A stretch of 50,135 nt of DNA from a virus. Its lineage: Duplodnaviria; Caudoviricetes. This document shows positions 9,501-18,009 of this stretch, one piece after another (position 1 is the stretch's first letter; every line of letters starts with the position of its first letter). Both the position numbers and the translations under genes were made by a program. Location of the stretch: the IMG/VR virus record IMGVR_UViG_3300011128_000204, positions 1 through 50,135 of that record, one strand, 5' to 3'. The notes beneath the pieces were generated by a model. That model did no database searches. It saw only the letters and a list, made by a program, of their open reading frames with translations, and was not told the DNA's origin.

Positions 9501-10629
9501 CACCAACCCTTATGACTACATTGCCCGTCCAGCAGCGGCTGTGTTTAACGCTGTAAACAACGGAATTGCGAAAGAAGAAGACCTAACAACAATAGCTTTT
9601 AAAGCCAGCTTGGGAGAAGGCGGTGCTGCTAGAGAGTTTTTCTCGCCATTCATGAGCGAGGCGATTGTCACTGAGAAGGCTCTCGACCTGCTTAGAAACA
9701 ACACTACCTTTAATAGGCCAATCTACAATGAAAGCGATACTTTGGGGACAAAGTTTGGCAAAGGCTTTGCTCATCTAGCAGATGGTATTATGCCTGGAGT
9801 TAGTCCAGTAGATATAACAACGGGGTCAGATTCGTTTTTGCCTTTTTCTTTAGATGTTAGAATGAGAGACTTTCCTAGAGCAGTTGCTTCTGCCGCTTTA
9901 GGGGATGAACGCCTTGGCGTAAGCAAGCAGGGCTATAGATTAGATGCAGCCCAAGAATTTACAGAGGCTTTGACGGGCGTTAAAAGCATAAAGCCAAGAG
10001 TTGATAGAGTCCTTTATTATCGCGCTCTTGAGGCTGGAAGAAATGTAAGGGATGCGGCTGGCATATTTAACCAAGTGGCGAAGCAGCGAGGAAGTGTTGA
10101 TGCGGAGGCAACGACTCAAGCATTTATAACGTCAAACGAGCAGCGTTTTAAGTCCTTGCGTGATTTAAACATGGCCATTGAAGATGCCAAAACCCTTGGG
10201 CTTTCTACAAAAGACATTGTTGTTTCTTTAAAAAAAGCAAAGACACCCAATCTTGGGATGGTTATGGCGGGAAAGTTTAATGCATTCTTTCCAAGCAGCG
10301 AAACCATTGCAGAAGCTTTGAGAGGCAATGAAAACAAGCTTGCTAATCCTTTAGACTTTGAATCAATTGGCCAACAATTTGGTGAGTTTCAAGGTAAAGA
10401 TTTCAGACCAGAAGCTGCAGCCGAAGCACAAGCCGCACAACAATCTGCGGCTCAACCCCCTGCACAGGCACAGCCTGCGGCTCCAATGCCCCCAGCACAA
10501 GCTAGCACGCCCCCTGGACCACCTCAAGCAGGCGCTCCTGTACCACCGGCACCGCCTCAGTCACTCTTTGACCGTGGCATAGATGCCTTGAAGCAGGTAG
10601 AGTTAAACAAACTCATGGGCATAGATTAA
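6565..10629 (+). CDS. Large internal virion / DNA ejection protein
   Basis: 1354 aa, mostly helical, last large gene of the structural operon as in podoviruses; Pro/Ala-rich tail. Confidence 0.7.
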   Translation: MITVRLPDGRSVNVNTDDQDAARRTAQKYLNENPLVERGAELAEEDISAVGDVARGLGASVVSAAEGIATLPMELAGSDEENIQTVRDFFNKYKPETQTELGKAVRFIGQFAIPGGAAMKLAKGLGTSGKIGAAIATDIAVTTPDVETLGDFFDAGPTKRIDTSDLAGAELAAANLSNRLRVGAEGAAVVLGVPAIAKLGAKAVGAGADALAGTDFIKAAAQAIKDPNTPFSNVGVRPDLEDPTFLQRNFERLGKVGRKYFSQQGELPDRFTAMYDAIRVSHIAAKNSKARQAVEKMENALSFANKNEGIFNGQNKSEILDTLNNYLFAETTGMKAGVSRDTIRNNAERQLREVDDIIAKNAPKSLFGGKKNLSLFDGAKELRDHIDGLSGSVRSILDDSLLPEESKQALIDTIGNNETFYGMRLYRALDDVNYKPTVEQEALAVDELVKSSAGLDEASKLNSNQAKELLNSMMQSDFNNAAMKPKDVVDPPTLNGVSQGMLKNRRLDTLPAVRDFLGEYTGAKDVVARFKPERIRARDVAEQEAGLRTKMIETVDVMSKHIAKADYYKNLINYNNKLGDRKFIFDSLPPNARVGEYSKIGSESSNPLSEISEGQISRFGPLAGKYIKNEYKAALEGGADIFDLAKGGIPLYSTFLGLKGLSQIAKTVYSPITQIRNATTASFFALANGNVGNSKALANSVSTVFSNLNQRLTGPGKSNATLAERQDYYNDLIDLGVVNTNAKIGEFESLMSDAAEGTGIGSGLGKAMFKKTQGLQNSFAAKLYQASDDVWKTYSYEMELGRLENVFGKNPNASIAVSDPRNFTEFGPVIRASELTEEQLKLAMKREAAEIVKDTVPNYSRVPEYIKRLRQMPFGNFVAFPAEMIRTSGNILGRSIKELASESPEIREIGMRRLMGLTSVNVAIPTSLVKAGTILTGADQEQIDAYKRSMAADWDRNSTLIPVATDKNGKVTDFYNFSYTNPYDYIARPAAAVFNAVNNGIAKEEDLTTIAFKASLGEGGAAREFFSPFMSEAIVTEKALDLLRNNTTFNRPIYNESDTLGTKFGKGFAHLADGIMPGVSPVDITTGSDSFLPFSLDVRMRDFPRAVASAALGDERLGVSKQGYRLDAAQEFTEALTGVKSIKPRVDRVLYYRALEAGRNVRDAAGIFNQVAKQRGSVDAEATTQAFITSNEQRFKSLRDLNMAIEDAKTLGLSTKDIVVSLKKAKTPNLGMVMAGKFNAFFPSSETIAEALRGNENKLANPLDFESIGQQFGEFQGKDFRPEAAAEAQAAQQSAAQPPAQAQPAAPMPPAQASTPPGPPQAGAPVPPAPPQSLFDRGIDALKQVELNKLMGID

Positions 10630-10630
10630 T

Positions 10631-10996
10631 TTGATCCCTCAACGCGCACCGAAAAAGAGTAAGTACTTCGCCAAGAAGACTGAGTACGATGGCATCATGT
10701 TCGACTCAAAGCTTGAGGCGGCACGCTATAAAATACTTAGGCGTTACGAAGATGCCGGTGAGATCTCTGATCTAGAGGTACAGGTAGACTTTCCCTGCAT
10801 AGTCACAGTAGATGGTGAAGACAAAAAGATCTGCTCATACGTTGCAGACTTCCGCTACAAGCGCGATGGTGAGGTGGTGGTAGAGGATACTAAGGGTGTG
10901 ATCACCCAGGTATTCACGCTCAAGAAGAAGCTTGTTGAGGCGCTATACCCAGGGACCAAGATACTGATTGTTAAAGACCCACGCGCTTGGGACTAA
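10631..10996 (+). CDS. DUF1064-family PD-(D/E)XK endonuclease
   Basis: SKYFAKKT..DGIMFDSKLEAARY...YVADFRY...VVEDTKG; TTG start uncertain. Confidence 0.85.
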   Translation: MIPQRAPKKSKYFAKKTEYDGIMFDSKLEAARYKILRRYEDAGEISDLEVQVDFPCIVTVDGEDKKICSYVADFRYKRDGEVVVEDTKGVITQVFTLKKKLVEALYPGTKILIVKDPRAWD

Positions 10997-12084
10997 AAAC
11001 CAGGCGTGCTCTCATCCATGTTGTCATAGTAGCTCCCTGGAAACTCAGCCCTAATCTTCTCGCCCTCGATCATCATCTGGGTATTGAAGTTAGTCTTAGA
11101 TAGCTCCCGCATCTCTGCGCTACTGTACTCATACTCAGCCCCCTCTGGGCCTTTGCCATTGAAGAACTCCAAGATGCCTGCTCGATAAGCCATGCCATCA
11201 GGCGTGCTTCTCTCAGGCATATGGTCTGCGTTGACCAGTGCGGGTATCCACATATGGTCCTTACAGCCCAGCGGCTGCTCCTCAATTGGTATGGATCTAT
11301 TGCTACGGCTACAGTACCAAACCGCGCCATTGGAGTTAGTAAGTGGCTTCACATGCACACAGTTCCTGCAGTTGACTGACTCAGGTAGCCGCCGACCATA
11401 GTAGATGTCCTTGTACACACTAGGCTCATTCTTCATACGCCAATCTTTCTCTGAGCGGCGAGTGCCAATGTCTGGCCTATCGCTGCAGATGATGCGTTCA
11501 GCTTTCTCTTGAGCACGCTCCCAGATTTGTGGCTTGTAATCGATGATTTCAGAGTATATCTCGCTGTTGTTTTTGTTCATCACTACAGCCATACACTTGG
11601 TCAGACCAAGCGCGCCCATGTAAGCATGGATCTGCACACGATATGAATCGCTCCAGTCCTCGTAGCTTTGTAGCTTAACCAGTTCTTTAAACCGCTTGTC
11701 GTTGGCGCTCTTGACTTCCATGAGAAGAACAACCTCTTCATCAGGGGGTGGCAGTACGCCCTTGAGAAGGCCATCACAGGAGCCTGCGAAGTGACCGCCA
11801 AGGAACGATGCTCTGAACTGATTGCCATCTGCATCATGTGAGGCAATAGATATAATCCCAGTGTCGCGGATGTTATCTACGATCTGGTCCTCGATGCGGT
11901 TGCCCAAGTCAAACAAGCGCAGCATCCTGCCGCCGAATGTAGATGGTAAGCACCAGCGGAATCCCATCCACTGCCGGTACTCATCATCATCCCCTATGCC
12001 GCTGAACCCTAGGTGTCCACGGTTACGGCCTTCCTTTGCGGCAATGGCTTCATCAATCTTTTCAAAAATGGACGCTGATAACAT
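10993..12084 (-). CDS. Cas4/YqaJ-like PD-(D/E)XK exonuclease
   Basis: GSCDG...LMEVKS...QIHAYM nuclease motifs; C-terminal CRNC..C..C cluster; next to helicase. Confidence 0.8.
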   Translation of the reverse strand: MLSASIFEKIDEAIAAKEGRNRGHLGFSGIGDDDEYRQWMGFRWCLPSTFGGRMLRLFDLGNRIEDQIVDNIRDTGIISIASHDADGNQFRASFLGGHFAGSCDGLLKGVLPPPDEEVVLLMEVKSANDKRFKELVKLQSYEDWSDSYRVQIHAYMGALGLTKCMAVVMNKNNSEIYSEIIDYKPQIWERAQEKAERIICSDRPDIGTRRSEKDWRMKNEPSVYKDIYYGRRLPESVNCRNCVHVKPLTNSNGAVWYCSRSNRSIPIEEQPLGCKDHMWIPALVNADHMPERSTPDGMAYRAGILEFFNGKGPEGAEYEYSSAEMRELSKTNFNTQMMIEGEKIRAEFPGSYYDNMDESTPGF

Positions 12085-13750
12085 TCCAGTATTTCCCCTC
12101 TTTTCTTACGGTTATTTGTTTGATGTGATTCATATTGTTCTGCACGTTTACTTGGTGTACAGCCCAGTCAATGTCTGCAGGGCATTTGTATTGCTTGGTC
12201 AACGCCCTCCACTTCTTCTCAGCCATCATCCCAGCCTTACCCTTCATGCCCAGCATGATAGGCATGTTCTGTGGCCAGTAATCGCCTGGACTTGAGAACA
12301 TGACGTTCAGGTATTCATTACCACTCTTCGATACCTTCTTCTCAGCAGTCACATAGTCAATGTCTTTAATCTTCTCTAGCTTCTCAGCAGGATCTTCCAA
12401 CTCATCTGATAGAACAGAACCTGCGGCTGCTTGCCTAGATGTGGCGGCATCCTTCTCCTCTTGCATCGCGCCTAGTATTAATTGCTGCTCTTTGACCATC
12501 TGCTTAACGCGGTCAGCGCCACACTCAACGCAGGTATATACATCGTTGTCGTTTACCCCTACGCACTCATCGCAGATCCAGATCTTAGGAGTCTTGCTCT
12601 CTTCCTTTTCAGGTGCTGGTGGCTTGGCAGTATCGATACACCCGTGACGCTGCATATTCTCGCCATAGTCCAGTAGCATGCAGTCTTTCTTATCTCCCCA
12701 TGTACGCATACCTCGACCACAGATCTGAACGTACAAGCCAAGCGACTTGGTGGGCCTGAGCAGTGCTATGCAGTCAGTTCGCGGGGCATCCCAGCCTTCA
12801 GTTAGAACAGCTACGTTACATAGTGCGTTGATCTTGCCATCCTCAAAACGCTCAAGGATATCTTCTCGCTCTGCTTGTGGGGTTTCCCCCGTCACTACTG
12901 CCGCATTAATCCCTGCTTGCTGCAGGTACATGCACATCTTGTTCGCGTGATCTACTGTGATACAGAAAAACACACTGCTCAGTCTGCCCTTGCTGTAGGC
13001 TTTGTCGATCCAGTCATTGATGATAGCCAGCATGGTCTGATCTTCCATGGCAAGCTTTGCAATGTCGGACTCGCGGTAGTCACCACCCTTGAACTTGACT
13101 CTGGCGGTAGACGCATCGATCACGGCATCATCTGCTACCTGAAATGCAGACAATCGACACAGATAACCCTGCTTGATCATCTCAGGTATGCCTACCTTGT
13201 ACGCGACACCAGAAAAGAACTGATCATCTAGGCCATAGATAAAGCCTTGGCCCATACGATACGGTGTGGCAGTTACGCCTAGAATTTTAGGCTCAGTCCA
13301 TTGCTCATCATCAAAGTGTTGAAAGATCTTGCGGTAGCGTGTTTTTGGATCTGGCGCAACGTGGTGGGCTTCATCAACAATGATGTAATCGAAGTGACCA
13401 CTAGAACCCAAACGCTTTGGTGTGGCTAAGGTGTCACGGCTGGCGATAACAATACGGGCATCTACTTCAAACTGGTTAAGCCCAGCAGCCACAATGCCTG
13501 ACGGGGCGCATGACCAAACTTTCTTAAGCTTGTCATCTGCCTGTGACACAAGCTCCTGCCGGTGTGCCAAGATTAAAACCCTGCAATCAGGCTCTCGCTC
13601 AAACAACTGCTTGATCAGGTTAGCAAAGACTACAGTCTTGCCAGCGCCTGTAGGGAGAACGATCAGTGGGTGCGTGTCTTGGGTTTTAAACCAGTGCAGC
13701 GCAGCATCAATTGCTTCTTCTTGATAGTATCTTAACTTCATTAGTGACAT
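12062..13750 (-). CDS. Superfamily 2 DEAH helicase (RadD/YejH-like) with zinc finger
   Basis: LRYYQ Q-motif, PTGAGKT, DEAH, TATP, LTEGWD, QICGRGMR; CxxC..CxxC. Confidence 0.93.
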   Translation of the reverse strand: MSLMKLRYYQEEAIDAALHWFKTQDTHPLIVLPTGAGKTVVFANLIKQLFEREPDCRVLILAHRQELVSQADDKLKKVWSCAPSGIVAAGLNQFEVDARIVIASRDTLATPKRLGSSGHFDYIIVDEAHHVAPDPKTRYRKIFQHFDDEQWTEPKILGVTATPYRMGQGFIYGLDDQFFSGVAYKVGIPEMIKQGYLCRLSAFQVADDAVIDASTARVKFKGGDYRESDIAKLAMEDQTMLAIINDWIDKAYSKGRLSSVFFCITVDHANKMCMYLQQAGINAAVVTGETPQAEREDILERFEDGKINALCNVAVLTEGWDAPRTDCIALLRPTKSLGLYVQICGRGMRTWGDKKDCMLLDYGENMQRHGCIDTAKPPAPEKEESKTPKIWICDECVGVNDNDVYTCVECGADRVKQMVKEQQLILGAMQEEKDAATSRQAAAGSVLSDELEDPAEKLEKIKDIDYVTAEKKVSKSGNEYLNVMFSSPGDYWPQNMPIMLGMKGKAGMMAEKKWRALTKQYKCPADIDWAVHQVNVQNNMNHIKQITVRKEGKYWNVISVHF

Positions 13751-13983
13751 ACCACTGGTTCTAATTGATCTTCAATTTGCTTCAGGGTTGTTAATAAAAA
13801 AGGGCTTAAGAACTCAATGCGCTCATTAGCTATGAGGTAAGTGGCTGCATAGATCATCATGGTTTCTGCAAATACATCTGGATCTAAATCATCCGCAACA
13901 CCTGCCATGTTCTTAATAAGCTCAAGAGCATACTGGTATTCTTCGTTTGCACCAGGCATTTCAATTTCAAATTCTTCATTCAT
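13741..13983 (-). CDS. Hypothetical protein
   Basis: 80 aa acidic ORF overlapping both neighbours, GGAG upstream. Confidence 0.7.
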   Translation of the reverse strand: MNEEFEIEMPGANEEYQYALELIKNMAGVADDLDPDVFAETMMIYAATYLIANERIEFLSPFLLTTLKQIEDQLEPVVCH

Positions 13984-14312
13984 TTTACAATAGCTCCATG
14001 AGTATTAACGCCTTCGGCATACTCTTCACAATTTAAACAATAAAACCCTTCGCCTAGATCGTACTCAAGGTCGGGCTTGTAACAGTCTGTGCAATACAAC
14101 TGCCCCTCATTTAGGTGAGCAAGCGCCTCGCACACTGGGCAAGATTCATGGGTAGACCATCCAGTTGGTGAGTCACAGTCTTCATACTCATCAGACTCCA
14201 TCTCTACATCAGGATGCTTATCACAGAACTCTGCGTCCTTTACGTTCCACGGGGCGCAAGGGTTACTTGCCTCCGACTTTCTTCTGACTTCATCTATGTC
14301 AGTCATTATCAC
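13980..14312 (-). CDS. Hypothetical Cys-rich (zinc-binding) protein
   Basis: CxxH, CPVC, CTDC and CLNC motifs; coupled to neighbours. Confidence 0.7.
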   Translation of the reverse strand: MIMTDIDEVRRKSEASNPCAPWNVKDAEFCDKHPDVEMESDEYEDCDSPTGWSTHESCPVCEALAHLNEGQLYCTDCYKPDLEYDLGEGFYCLNCEEYAEGVNTHGAIVK

Positions 14313-14509
14313 TCCTTCTTTGCAAAGCCCTCACTTCTTCTTTGGTAGCAAGATTGACACTTCAAGCGGCCCTTGAACTGAGTAAACTCAGACGCTGGCT
14401 TAAGCTTCCCGCAATTGATGCACGGCCTAGTCTTACCAACCGTTGCATCATCTGGGAGTTGAGTTGGCTTGTTACCTTTAGCAAGCCATTCTTGGTAAGC
14501 GTCATTCAT
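14309..14509 (-). CDS. Hypothetical zinc-finger protein
   Basis: CINC...CQSC; abuts neighbours. Confidence 0.7.
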   Translation of the reverse strand: MNDAYQEWLAKGNKPTQLPDDATVGKTRPCINCGKLKPASEFTQFKGRLKCQSCYQRRSEGFAKKE

Positions 14510-14938
14510 CTAGCAGTTCACACCATTTTCAGCCATGAAAATCTCCACCCCAATGTGTTCATCAGGGAAAGACTCGTAGGCTTCAGACAAAAGCTTCTGC
14601 AACTTCACCAAGATTTCTATCTTGCTCTGCGTATCCGCTTCGCCGTGGTAGTTAGTAAAAAGGGGTATCCTAGTCAGCAATTGCTTGCTGTCATCATGGT
14701 CATCCCCATGCGTGTAGATCCGCAGACCGTGGTCAGCATATCGGTGCCAAAATAAATTGGCAGGGTGCGAAACCTGAAAGGCATCAGTGCCTTTGGTTAA
14801 CTGCTCAAGCTCTTCGATGCGCTTCTCTGCTGCGCGAAGTTGCTTCACAGTGTTGATGTGATGCTCTTGATCCAAGCTGCGTGACCTGATCTCTTCTTTT
14901 AACTGCTCTGTTACTTCTTTTTTTGTTGGTGCTTTCAT
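14510..14938 (-). CDS. Hypothetical protein with N-terminal coiled coil
   Basis: 142 aa ORF within the minus-strand operon. Confidence 0.7.
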   Translation of the reverse strand: MKAPTKKEVTEQLKEEIRSRSLDQEHHINTVKQLRAAEKRIEELEQLTKGTDAFQVSHPANLFWHRYADHGLRIYTHGDDHDDSKQLLTRIPLFTNYHGEADTQSKIEILVKLQKLLSEAYESFPDEHIGVEIFMAENGVNC

Positions 14939-14976
14939 ATCTATCTCTTGTTGCTTTGGTTTTTAATTGATACCGC

Positions 14977-15138
14977 CTAATGGCGTTCATCTTCCATTGA
15001 AGACTCCATCAAGAGTTCTTCTACTGTAGTTGGGTTTAACCTGCCCGACAGCGTCATAGATAAAGTTGCTATCAAAGATATCAACTCATCATTTTCTAAG
15101 TTGTATAGGGCTACCATTTGCTCGGCTGTTAATTTCAT
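14977..15138 (-). CDS. Small hypothetical protein (53 aa, not in the ORF track)
   Basis: Manual translation MKLTAEQMVALYNLENDELISLIATLSMTLSGRLNPTTVEELLMESSMEDERH; ATG directly follows the upstream TAA. Confidence 0.6.
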   Translation of the reverse strand: MKLTAEQMVALYNLENDELISLIATLSMTLSGRLNPTTVEELLMESSMEDERH

Positions 15139-15306
15139 TTACTTGTGACCTATCTTCTTTGAAGGACGATTGTTTATTTCTTTCCAATGACTACGCAATT
15201 GTTCGTCATAGAAAGTGTCTCTGGACCCGCTTTCGTTTGCAGGTAATGCTTTGCGAAACGATTTGGTGTTTCGCTTAAGTCGTTTCTTTTGTTTATTTGT
15301 TTGCAT
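15139..15306 (-). CDS. Small basic hypothetical protein (55 aa, not in the ORF track)
   Basis: Manual translation MQTNKQKKRLKRNTKSFRKALPANESGSRDTFYDEQLRSHWKEINNRPSKKIGHK; strong TAAGGAGG RBS. Confidence 0.7.
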   Translation of the reverse strand: MQTNKQKKRLKRNTKSFRKALPANESGSRDTFYDEQLRSHWKEINNRPSKKIGHK

Positions 15307-15319
15307 AATACCTCCTTAA

Positions 15320-15384
15320 TTAGTCCCGTCTTCGGCCACACTGACGGGCAAGTGCTACTAGGAAGTAGGATTCTCCCTTGGCCT
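15320..15384 (-). ncRNA. Candidate structured RNA, copy 1 (pseudoknot, possible ribozyme)
   Basis: GGCCA..CACU-UGCCCGUC-AGUG-UGGCC-GAA-GACGGG-ACUAA; intergenic; homologous to 15627-15689 with compensatory changes. Confidence 0.6.
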
Positions 15385-15388
15385 ATTA

Positions 15389-15592
15389 TTAGAAATACCA
15401 AGCGTTTCTATTAAAAAACGCCACGATGCCTTCTTTTGTCGCAGGAAACTCACAAGTATGCTTTTCAATGTCACACCATGATTGATCCTTCACCTTAGCG
15501 ATGTATTCTTTTCGCTCCTTGGCCGTAGCAAAGACCTTTACTTCGTTGTCGCCGCCTTCGTTGTCCATTGCCCGTGCTAAAAATAGCTTCAT
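15389..15592 (-). CDS. Hypothetical protein flanked by the duplicated RNA element
   Basis: 67 aa, AGGAG RBS. Confidence 0.75.
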   Translation of the reverse strand: MKLFLARAMDNEGGDNEVKVFATAKERKEYIAKVKDQSWCDIEKHTCEFPATKEGIVAFFNRNAWYF

Positions 15593-15626
15593 AAATTTCT
15601 CCTATAAAGGTACGTCTTGCGCCCAA

Positions 15627-15689
15627 ACTAGCCCCGCCTGCGGCCACACGGACGGGAACGTGCAAAAGAGGGGTGTTAACCCTTGGCCT
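15627..15689 (-). ncRNA. Candidate structured RNA, copy 2
   Basis: GGCCA..CACG-UUCCCGUC-CGUG-UGGCC-GCA-GGCGGG-GCUAG; starts 12 nt after the SSB stop. Confidence 0.6.
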
Positions 15690-15699
15690 TACTGCTTAG

Positions 15700-16191
15700 T
15701 TAAGACCAGCTTGCAGTCTCTAGGCCAGCGGCTGGTGTAGCCTGTGCCTGTTGTGGCTGCTCAGTCTGAGAGTGTGGTTGTGCAGGGCCAGCGCCAGACT
15801 TGTACCCAGCAATCTTGTTGCTTGGTCCATACTGGCCAGAGCCAGGCTCAACCTTAATGCTTGCAGTGAACTGCTTACCCATCGCAGCGCGCAGCATGTC
15901 AGTGTTCAAAGTCTGTGATACATCCTGCCCAGTGGCTCCAATGAATCCCTTCAGGCGAGACACGCCCACTTGGTTGTTGAGCACGAAGTAATCCCAGATC
16001 TTACGACCTGCATAGCTTGGCCCAACTACATTGAACTCAATCTTGATCATGTCGTTGCCAGCCTTGGACTGCTGCTCTTCGTACATAGCCGCCGACAAAG
16101 TGTAATCACCTGCTGGGAACGGCTCAGAACCACCGCCACCTGTACTTGCTTCGATGTTACTTACATCGATCCCTTGATCTAATAGACCCAT
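15700..16191 (-). CDS. Single-stranded DNA-binding protein (DUF669-like)
   Basis: PFPAGDY...SKAGNDMIKIEF.V.GP.YAGRKIWD; flexible tail ending in W-S; follows a Sak4-like gene. Confidence 0.8.
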   Translation of the reverse strand: MGLLDQGIDVSNIEASTGGGGSEPFPAGDYTLSAAMYEEQQSKAGNDMIKIEFNVVGPSYAGRKIWDYFVLNNQVGVSRLKGFIGATGQDVSQTLNTDMLRAAMGKQFTASIKVEPGSGQYGPSNKIAGYKSGAGPAQPHSQTEQPQQAQATPAAGLETASWS

Positions 16192-16202
16192 AATGCTGCT
16201 CC

Positions 16203-16976
16203 TTAAGCTGCTTCTTCGTTTTTATTTGCAGACAATGCTGCGGTGTAGGAATCCATAAAGGATTGCCATGAGAACTCAATCTTCTGTGGAAGATCTATGC
16301 GAGACTTCGCGTCATATGCTGCTGCGAACTTTGTAAACAAACTGCGGTTACCGTAGCTCACGCCACGCGCCTTCTGATTATCCTTAATTAAGGTGGTTTC
16401 ATAGTTAGCGAACAAATTGAAATCAACCCAGTCCTTTATCAGGGCGTTGACCTTTTTGTTGCAGCGCATCTCCCAGCGATCATAAGGTTCCAACTCTGGA
16501 TCTTTGTACGCCTTAGATGCAACGTGGCTTAACAGAATGATGTTCATGTTCTTCGATGAGTGAGCTACGTTCAGCCCATTCAAAAGATGAACCCATGCAT
16601 TCTCTTCAGCTACATAGAACGCGCCGTACCCCGCCTTGGGATCTGCCGCACTTGACCAGCCATTCTTAGTACACACATATGCTTCGCCCAACTTGGCGGC
16701 AGCATCAGTCGTATCCAAAACAACAGTTTTGTACGGATGGTCTTCAGTCACAAGCGTCTTCACCTGCTCAAGAAGATCTTCCCAAGTGTTAGCTTGGGGG
16801 AACCTTGGCGCATCAATGAAAGACAGACCGTCCTCCGCTTGAATGAAGATCGATTGGTCTGCGTTAGCACCAAACGTACTCTTGCCTATACCATCTGTGC
16901 CTTGGATGTTAATCCGCACTGGGGGTATTGGCCCACCGCTTTCGCGGGTAGTTGTTACCTGCTGAAGTAAAGACAT
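16203..16976 (-). CDS. AAA_24 / Sak4-like ATPase (recombination)
   Basis: GTDGIGKST Walker A, TVVLDT Walker B, IILLSH, DAKSR. Confidence 0.85.
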   Translation of the reverse strand: MSLLQQVTTTRESGGPIPPVRINIQGTDGIGKSTFGANADQSIFIQAEDGLSFIDAPRFPQANTWEDLLEQVKTLVTEDHPYKTVVLDTTDAAAKLGEAYVCTKNGWSSAADPKAGYGAFYVAEENAWVHLLNGLNVAHSSKNMNIILLSHVASKAYKDPELEPYDRWEMRCNKKVNALIKDWVDFNLFANYETTLIKDNQKARGVSYGNRSLFTKFAAAYDAKSRIDLPQKIEFSWQSFMDSYTAALSANKNEEAA

Positions 16977-16993
16977 ATTAGTCCTCCTTTTTA

Positions 16994-17218
16994 TTACAGC
17001 GTTTTCAATTCATTCAAATCTAAGCTGGCAACATTACAATCATGTCGCACACACCAAATTTGAATACCATTTTTAGTCGGACCTATATTTAGTCTTGCGT
17101 ACTCTGCTGGTGACTGATCCGGTAAATGCTCTACTTCCTCAGAACATTTACTGCAGTGCCAGTAGAACTCAATCTCATTGAGAGCTTTAGAAAACAGGTA
17201 GGTGACATTACTCATCAT
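16994..17218 (-). CDS. Hypothetical protein with Cys/His motifs
   Basis: HCSKC...GIQIWCVRH; start moved to the ATG following GGAG. Confidence 0.7.
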   Translation of the reverse strand: MMSNVTYLFSKALNEIEFYWHCSKCSEEVEHLPDQSPAEYARLNIGPTKNGIQIWCVRHDCNVASLDLNELKTL

Positions 17219-17636
17219 CTTGCTCCTGTAGCTTCTCGACATTGATTGATTTTACTCTAGGGTCGGCTAACTTAATTGAATGTGCGTCATGCCATTTCTT
17301 AGCTTCGGCTGGATGAGCCAATGCATAATCTTTGAATGCACGCATATCAACTTTGTATGTAGTTTGCTGAGTTAAAAAGGAGGGCCAGTTTTGCTTTGGG
17401 ATTGCTTCAGATACTTCATCGAGGATGACTTGATCCCAGATGTGATCTCTCTTCATCTCTACAGTAATACCATTTACTGTTCTTTCCCCACCCTCATTAT
17501 GGATCGGAGCAAGCATTGCACTTACTTCTTTCGTATCCAATAGTTCACGATTCAACTTCTTAATCGTTCTATCTATCTCTGCCTTTTTGCTTTTTGCACC
17601 CACTAATTGCAGCGCCAAACACTTTATGCTTGTCAT
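17208..17636 (-). CDS. Hypothetical protein (coiled-coil N-terminus), first gene of the recombination operon
   Basis: 142 aa, AAGGA RBS. Confidence 0.75.
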   Translation of the reverse strand: MTSIKCLALQLVGAKSKKAEIDRTIKKLNRELLDTKEVSAMLAPIHNEGGERTVNGITVEMKRDHIWDQVILDEVSEAIPKQNWPSFLTQQTTYKVDMRAFKDYALAHPAEAKKWHDAHSIKLADPRVKSINVEKLQEQDDE

Positions 17637-17680
17637 GCTTCTTTCCTTTCTTCTGTCTAACTCATCTCTCTACGAAACTG

Positions 17681-17757
17681 ATAGTGCACCAAAGTCCACC
17701 AAGGTGCAATACCTTTTTATAAAATAATTTTACAAACGGATATTACATGAGTAGTAT
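17681..17757. promoter_or_regulatory. Divergent sigma70-like promoters
   Basis: Rightward TTTACA(17729)-17 bp-TAGTAT(17752); leftward TTGCAC-17 bp-CACTAT; inverted repeat TGCACC..GGTGCA overlaps the leftward promoter. Confidence 0.55.
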
Positions 17758-17787
17758 GAGGCAACTTAGCTAACAAAAAGAAGTGTC

Positions 17788-18009
17788 ATGGAATTTATGA
17801 TTGAGCAAAACGTGCCGAAGCCAAGTCATCCTACGAAGGGTCAAGGCAAATGGCAAAAGCTTTTGAAGAAGATGGCTATAGGTGACAGCGTGTTCTTGAA
17901 CAGTGAAGAAGAAGTCAGGTGTATTAGGGCGGCAGCATACAAGTTAGGCATGACTATTGAATCATCTCGTGGTGATGACCAGAGGTATTGGGTCGGACGG
18001 AAATCTTGA
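17788..18009 (+). CDS. Small putative DNA-binding protein
   Basis: IEQNVPKP...KW..L..M.IGDSV pattern; directly upstream of the primase. Confidence 0.7.
   Translation: MEFMIEQNVPKPSHPTKGQGKWQKLLKKMAIGDSVFLNSEEEVRCIRAAAYKLGMTIESSRGDDQRYWVGRKS

Noticed and set aside
10993-12084. CRISPR-Cas system suggested by the Cas4-like gene
   Set aside because: No repeat-spacer array or other cas genes; the context is a standard phage recombination module
15174-15401. ORF-track 75-aa ORF crossing the RNA element
   Set aside because: A better gene model (15139-15306) has a strong RBS in another frame
15320-15689. Hammerhead, twister, pistol or terminator identity for the duplicated element
   Set aside because: No CUGANGA/GAAA core in both copies, no recognisable twister or pistol consensus, and no U-tract
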